The position numbers and the translations under genes were made by a program. A stretch of DNA of 64,000 nt from Leucoraja ocellata (taxonomy: Eukaryota). Positions 63,001 through 64,000 of the stretch are shown piece by piece. Where the stretch lies: contig JAWMAR010000864.1 in the NCBI GenBank assembly GCA_036785375.1, positions 434,001 through 498,000 on the forward strand, read 5' to 3'. Position 1 is the stretch's first letter. Each line of letters starts with the position of its first letter. A model generated the notes under the pieces. That model made no database searches. It was not told the origin of the DNA and was given only the letters and a program-made list of their open reading frames with translations.

Positions 63001-64000
63001 AGATATACCCCTGCCCCACTTAGGAAACCTGAACGGAACTTTGCGCCCCACGCAAGATTTTCGTGCGGTTCCCGGAGGTTTTTGTCAGGCTCCCAACCTG
63101 CTTCCACTACCTGCAACCTCCGACAACCACCTGCAACCTCCGGGAACCACACGGAAACCTTGGGTGGGGTGCAATGTCTCCAGAGGTTTCCGTTCAGGTT
63201 TCCTAAGTGGGACAGGGGCATAACTCAGCGGGTGAGGTAGTATCTTTGGAGAGAAGGAATGGGTGACGTTTCGGGTCAAGACCCTTCCTTCTCTCTAGAA
63301 ATGCTGTCTCACCTGCTGCGTTAATCCAGCATTTTGTGTCTACCTTTGATTTTAGCAGCATCTGCAGTTCTTTCTTACTTATAATCTGATGTGCAGGTTT
63401 GGAGCCTAACAATATGAATCATTTCACGTGACAACCTTCAAACTATCTATATGAACATTGAGTTGTTCAATTTAACGTTTCAACCTACAAACCGCCCCCT
63501 CCCCCCCCCCTCTCTCCCCCAATTTCCCCACACTCTTCCTTGTGCTACACCTGAATGTGCACAATTTTCCCTTTCCCTTCCATCCCTCCAGACTCCCCAT
63601 TCTCCCATTCCATTTTGCTTCCTCTGGCTTCATAATTATTTTGACTTCTATGCCTAACTCCCTATATTGAACCGTTTGTCTTTTCATCTCAGGATTTTCA
63701 GCAAGCATTTGCCAATCAACTGCTCCGCCCCCATCACTTGTATCCTCGTATCACTTGCCACACTTTGTCATCCCCTTTCCACCTCTCTTGCAGCTTTCTC
63801 TCCCCTTACTGTAATCAGTCTGAAGTAGGGCCCGACCCAAAACTCTGCCAACCCATGTTCTCCAGATTTGCCGACTGACCCGCTGAGATACTCCAGCACA
63901 TCGTGTCTTTTTCTGTTAGAATTTATATTGATTTTGCACTGATATTTGTAGGAAATGTGTTCATGAGATTATCATCTTTACCATTTGGAATCACTGTGCA
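1..64000 (-). CDS. MUC16-like: Internal part of a large tandem-SEA-domain glycoprotein gene (mucin-16/CA125-like), at least 26 SEA repeats, no start or stop codon in the window
   Basis: Spliced repeat has YNVTFIVDNL, LxxLFxNSS, a Cys pair (C-x18-C) and TKDISSLGPYELQSNSLYVDG, resembling MUC16 SEA motifs FTLNFTITNL, LFKNTS, C-loop and THGITELGPYTLDRDSLYVNG. Exons have AG/GT boundaries and compatible phases (1-0-2-1). Orthology to MUC16 is not established. Confidence 0.8.
340..1780 (-). mobile_element. Degenerate CR1-clade (HER-like) LINE ORF2 fragment
   Basis: Frameshifted ORFs with DYRPVSLT..HGF, VTSDVPQG..INKFSD, CEVLHFGKSN..DLGVQVH and QRVVSVWNELP. Boundaries approximate. Confidence 0.88.
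1835..3094 (-). CDS. SEA unit 1 (divergent): exons A 2973-3088/3094, B 2809-2876, C 1954-2123, D 1835-1849 (GT donor)
   Basis: Open frames with AG..GT boundaries; micro-exon cag|ATCCGGTACGACCAG|gtatga. Confidence 0.85.
2686..2765 (-). mobile_element. Short Penelope-derived SINE-like fragment
   Basis: agacaaaaatgctggag..ctcagcgggtgaggcagcatctatggagagaagg..aacgtttcgggt, the same family as 60511-60685; absent from other units. Confidence 0.6.
3300..3428 (+). mobile_element. Degenerate SINE-like fragment
   Basis: gaaatgttgtctatccatttcc...gacttattgagt..ctccagtattttgt..tttccagcatctg resembles the same SINE tail. Confidence 0.5.
4853..6363 (-). CDS. SEA unit 2: A 6248-6363, B 6085-6152, C 4971-5140, D 4853-4867 (GC donor, in-frame TGA)
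   Basis: A, B and C open with canonical splice sites; D reads AC CAG TGA CAG CCA G. Confidence 0.85.
7158..7498 (+). mobile_element. 5'-truncated CR1 LINE 3' end, unique to unit 3, TSD ATATCA
   Basis: Encodes LFPL..TRGHDFRIK..FFTQRVVAVWNELP; ATATCA at 7152-7157 and 7499-7504; site empty in other units. Confidence 0.92.
7508..9006 (-). CDS. SEA unit 3: A 8891-9006, B 8728-8795, C 7626-7795, D 7508-7522 (GC)
   Basis: Homologous exons, open frames, intact splice sites. Confidence 0.85.
7940..8400 (+). mobile_element. Penelope-like element remnant in the P-type B-C intron (units 2, 3, 4, 21, 23)
   Basis: Decayed KDRVP.., C..C..G.TK and KLEEQHLIFR (aaactggaggaacagcacctcatatttcg) motifs of the GIY-YIG region. 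Confidence 0.72.
8414..8545. mobile_element. Truncated Harbinger-type MITE remnant (also near 5770, 10705, 49675, 54920)
   Basis: Begins with tgtcccactta, matching the TIR of the 62964-63220 MITE; internal inverted pair ttttcggtgac/gtcaccgaaaa. Confidence 0.45.
9802..11298 (-). CDS. SEA unit 4: A 11183-11298, B 11020-11087, C 9920-10089, D 9802-9816 (GC)
   Basis: Homologous exons, open frames, intact splice sites. Confidence 0.85.
12096..13541 (-). CDS. SEA unit 5: A 13426-13541, B 13266-13333, C 12214-12383, D 12096-12110 (GC)
   Basis: First unit of the central monomer type; open frames. Confidence 0.85.
14331..15776 (-). CDS. SEA unit 6: A 15661-15776, B 15501-15568, C 14449-14618, D 14331-14345 (CAA|gc)
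   Basis: Open frames; last base of D is A instead of G. Confidence 0.85.
16565..18018 (-). CDS. SEA unit 7: A 17897-18012/18018, B 17737-17804, C 16684-16853, D 16565-16579 (GC)
   Basis: Open frames; TIEP variant shared with unit 14. Confidence 0.85.
18810..20262 (-). CDS. SEA unit 8: A 20141-20256/20262, B 19981-20048, C 18928-19097, D 18810-18824 (GC)
   Basis: Open frames, intact splice sites. Confidence 0.85.
21054..22511 (-). CDS. SEA unit 9: A 22390-22505/22511, B 22230-22297, C 21172-21341, D 21054-21068 (GC)
   Basis: Open frames, intact splice sites. Confidence 0.85.
22823..24516 (-). CDS. SEA unit 10: A 24401-24516, B 24241-24308, C 22941-23110, D 22823-22837 (GC)
   Basis: Open frames, intact splice sites. 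Confidence 0.85.
23597..23839 (-). mobile_element. CR1 3'-end fragment, TSD ATATT (unit 10)
   Basis: (CATAGAAA)n tail; reverse complement of the 3' end of the 25631-26423 element. Confidence 0.92.
25313..27553 (-). CDS. SEA unit 11: A 27438-27553, B 27278-27345, C 25431-25600, D 25313-25327 (GC)
   Basis: Open frames; CR1 insertion in the B-C intron. Confidence 0.85.
25631..26423 (+). mobile_element. Young 5'-truncated CR1 LINE with uninterrupted ORF2 C-terminus, TSD TAA
   Basis: 234-aa ORF with RDLGVMV, LVRPHLEYCVQFWSP, RRLRGDLIETYKI and FFTQRVVNLWNSLP; (TTTCTATG)n tail; site empty in other units. Confidence 0.96.
28340..29790 (-). CDS. SEA unit 12: A 29669-29784/29790, B 29509-29576, C 28458-28627, D 28340-28354 (GC)
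   Basis: Open frames, intact splice sites. Confidence 0.85.
30582..32030 (-). CDS. SEA unit 13: A 31915-32030, B 31755-31822, C 30700-30869, D 30582-30596 (GC)
   Basis: Open frames, intact splice sites. Confidence 0.85.
32820..34273 (-). CDS. SEA unit 14: A 34152-34267/34273, B 33992-34059, C 32939-33108, D 32820-32834 (GC)
   Basis: Open frames; TIEP variant shared with unit 7. Confidence 0.85.
35066..36766 (-). CDS. SEA unit 15: A 36645-36760/36766, B 36485-36552, C 35184-35353, D 35066-35080 (GC)
   Basis: Open frames, intact splice sites. Confidence 0.85.
35841..36083 (-). mobile_element. CR1 3'-end fragment, TSD ATATT (unit 15)
   Basis: Same site and truncation point as 23597-23839. 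Confidence 0.92.
37559..39247 (-). CDS. SEA unit 16: A 39126-39241/39247, B 38966-39033, C 37677-37846, D 37559-37573 (GC)
   Basis: Open frames, intact splice sites. Confidence 0.85.
38331..38565 (-). mobile_element. CR1 3'-end fragment, TSD ATATT (unit 16; one tail repeat shorter)
   Basis: Same site and truncation point as 23597-23839. Confidence 0.92.
40037..41488 (-). CDS. SEA unit 17: A 41367-41482/41488, B 41207-41274, C 40155-40324, D 40037-40051 (GC)
   Basis: Open frames; EFNEM variant. Confidence 0.85.
42278..43723 (-). CDS. SEA unit 18: A 43608-43723, B 43448-43515, C 42396-42565, D 42278-42292 (GC)
   Basis: Open frames; EFNEM and SLYVN variants. Confidence 0.85.
44513..45958 (-). 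CDS. SEA unit 19: A 45843-45958, B 45683-45750, C 44631-44800, D 44513-44527 (GC)
   Basis: Open frames, intact splice sites. Confidence 0.85.
46276..47975 (-). CDS. SEA unit 20: A 47854-47969/47975, B 47694-47761, C 46394-46563, D 46276-46290 (GC)
   Basis: Open frames, intact splice sites. Confidence 0.85.
47050..47292 (-). mobile_element. CR1 3'-end fragment, TSD ATATT (unit 20)
   Basis: Same site and truncation point as 23597-23839. Confidence 0.92.
48771..50275 (-). CDS. SEA unit 21 (extra Cys): A 50160-50275, B 49994-50061, C 48889-49058, D 48771-48785 (GC)
   Basis: Open frames; A = VPVEESNPTSYNVTFIVDNLSIDEIQDTPSQTATMIASE. Confidence 0.85.
50937..53257 (-). CDS. SEA unit 22 (divergent): A 53136-53251/53257, B 52976-53043, C 51053-51222, D 50937-50951 (GT)
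   Basis: Open frames; micro-exon cag|ATCCAGGAGGATCAG|gtttga. Confidence 0.85.
52313..52425 (-). mobile_element. CR1-tail SINE/LINE 3' fragment (paralogous copy at 58621-58703)
   Basis: catagaaa x3 followed by aggtgcagg..ggccattc..gcaccgccattcattgtgatcatggctgatc. Confidence 0.8.
52563..52716. mobile_element. Foldback Penelope-derived SINE-like element
   Basis: gggacaggcagcatctctg ... cagagatgctgcctgtccc inverted arms, followed by ccagcatctgcagttcctt. Confidence 0.65.
54027..56679 (-). CDS. SEA unit 23 (extra Cys): A 56564-56679, B 55238-55305, C 54145-54314, D 54027-54041 (GC)
   Basis: Open frames; Rex1-like insertion in the A-B intron. Confidence 0.85.
55327..56484 (-). mobile_element. Rex1/Babar-like non-LTR retrotransposon fragment (RT), TSD TAATT
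   Basis: PQGCVLSTLLYSLYTHDC..VKFADDTAVVGLI..LNTSKTKELIVDF..SFFPQAMRLLN; (TTGAA)n tail; TAATT at 55322-55326 and 56485-56489; site empty in unit 21. Confidence 0.92.
57346..59051 (-). CDS. SEA unit 24 (divergent): A 58930-59045/59051, B 58770-58837, C 57462-57631, D 57346-57360 (GT)
   Basis: Open frames; exon C peptide identical to unit 22. Confidence 0.85.
59807..61666 (-). CDS. SEA unit 25 (chimeric exon C): A 61545-61660/61666, B 61384-61451, C 59925-60094, D 59807-59821 (GC)
   Basis: Open frames, intact splice sites. Confidence 0.85.
60195..60830 (+). mobile_element. Penelope-like GIY-YIG endonuclease remnant (also about 51500-51900, 57910-58310, 62620-63480; only the 3' tip survives in units 5-20)
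   Basis: KDRVPLILVFH..CIWCSRCGLFYIGKS..PVAEHFNSPSHSHND..KLEEKHLI..MNNELFN matches Penelope/Neptune ORF ends. Confidence 0.85.
60506..60722. mobile_element. Foldback SINE-like insertion with a 175-bp imperfect palindrome, TSD ATAAT (paralogous copy about 62936-63380)
   Basis: gtagacacaaaatgctgga (60511) ... tccagcattttgtgtctac (60685); ATAAT at 60501-60505 and 60723-60727. Confidence 0.8.
62236..62522 (-). CDS. SEA unit 26, partial: C 62353-62522, D 62236-62250 (GT); exons A and B expected just beyond the window
   Basis: Open frame ending TALGQFPLQSDSLYVE; micro-exon cag|ATCCGGAAGGATCAG|gtatga. Confidence 0.82.
62964..63220. mobile_element. PIF/Harbinger-type MITE, TSD TAA, nested in the foldback SINE
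   Basis: TIR TGCCCCTGTCCCACTTA ... TAAGTGGGACAGGGGCA with TAA on both sides; absent from the paralogous site in unit 25. Confidence 0.82.

Larger units (their letters stand above)
1835..64000. repeat. Tandem array of 26 exon-containing units, period about 2.24 kb in the centre
   Basis: Exon C recurs at 1954, 4971, 7626, 9920, 12214, 14449, 16684, 18928, 21172, 22941, 25431, 28458, 30700, 32939, 35184, 37677, 40155, 42396, 44631, 46394, 48889, 51053, 54145, 57462, 59925 and 62353, with homologous introns. Confidence 0.98.

Noticed and set aside
63263-63290. Sense-strand intact hammerhead (gaagggtcttgacccgaaacgtc on the minus strand)
   Set aside because: Stem II and GAAACGUC are intact, but the upstream CUGA of the catalytic core is missing.
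1835-64000. CRISPR array, satellite DNA, or a V(D)J-like segment cluster
   Set aside because: Units are kb-scale with spliceosomal exons. I saw no repeat-spacer structure, recombination signal sequences, Ig motifs or per-unit leader exons.

Overview
Eukaryotic DNA, most likely from a cartilaginous fish such as a skate or ray (inferred from the CR1/HER-type LINE tails, Penelope-derived SINEs and Rex1 fragments). The whole window lies inside one large minus-strand gene that extends past both edges. It is a tandem array of 26 repeat units (about 2.24 kb in the centre, 1.8-3.3 kb overall), each encoding one MUC16/CA125-type SEA domain. In transcript order each unit has exon A (116 or 122 nt, VPTEVTNPIKYNVTFIVDNLSIEEIQANPSETATMIANE), exon B (68 nt, LTDLFENSSVNATFLKCDVKSFR), exon C (170 nt, EEMVNSTRVTAECLFQNVSTMEPINREDVYDEFSEMTKDISSLGPYELQSNSLYVD) and a putative 15-nt micro-exon D (DQGQP). 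I found no stops or frameshifts in exons A, B or C. The micro-exon has a GT donor in 4 divergent units, a GC donor in 22 units, and an in-frame TGA in one unit. Shared insertions, deletions and chimeric junctions suggest an ancestral heterodimer collapsed into two monomer types, one of which amplified recently. Introns carry Penelope GIY-YIG remnants with degenerate hammerhead motifs, CR1 and Rex1 LINE fragments, a foldback SINE and Harbinger-type MITEs. Exon coordinates were read by hand.
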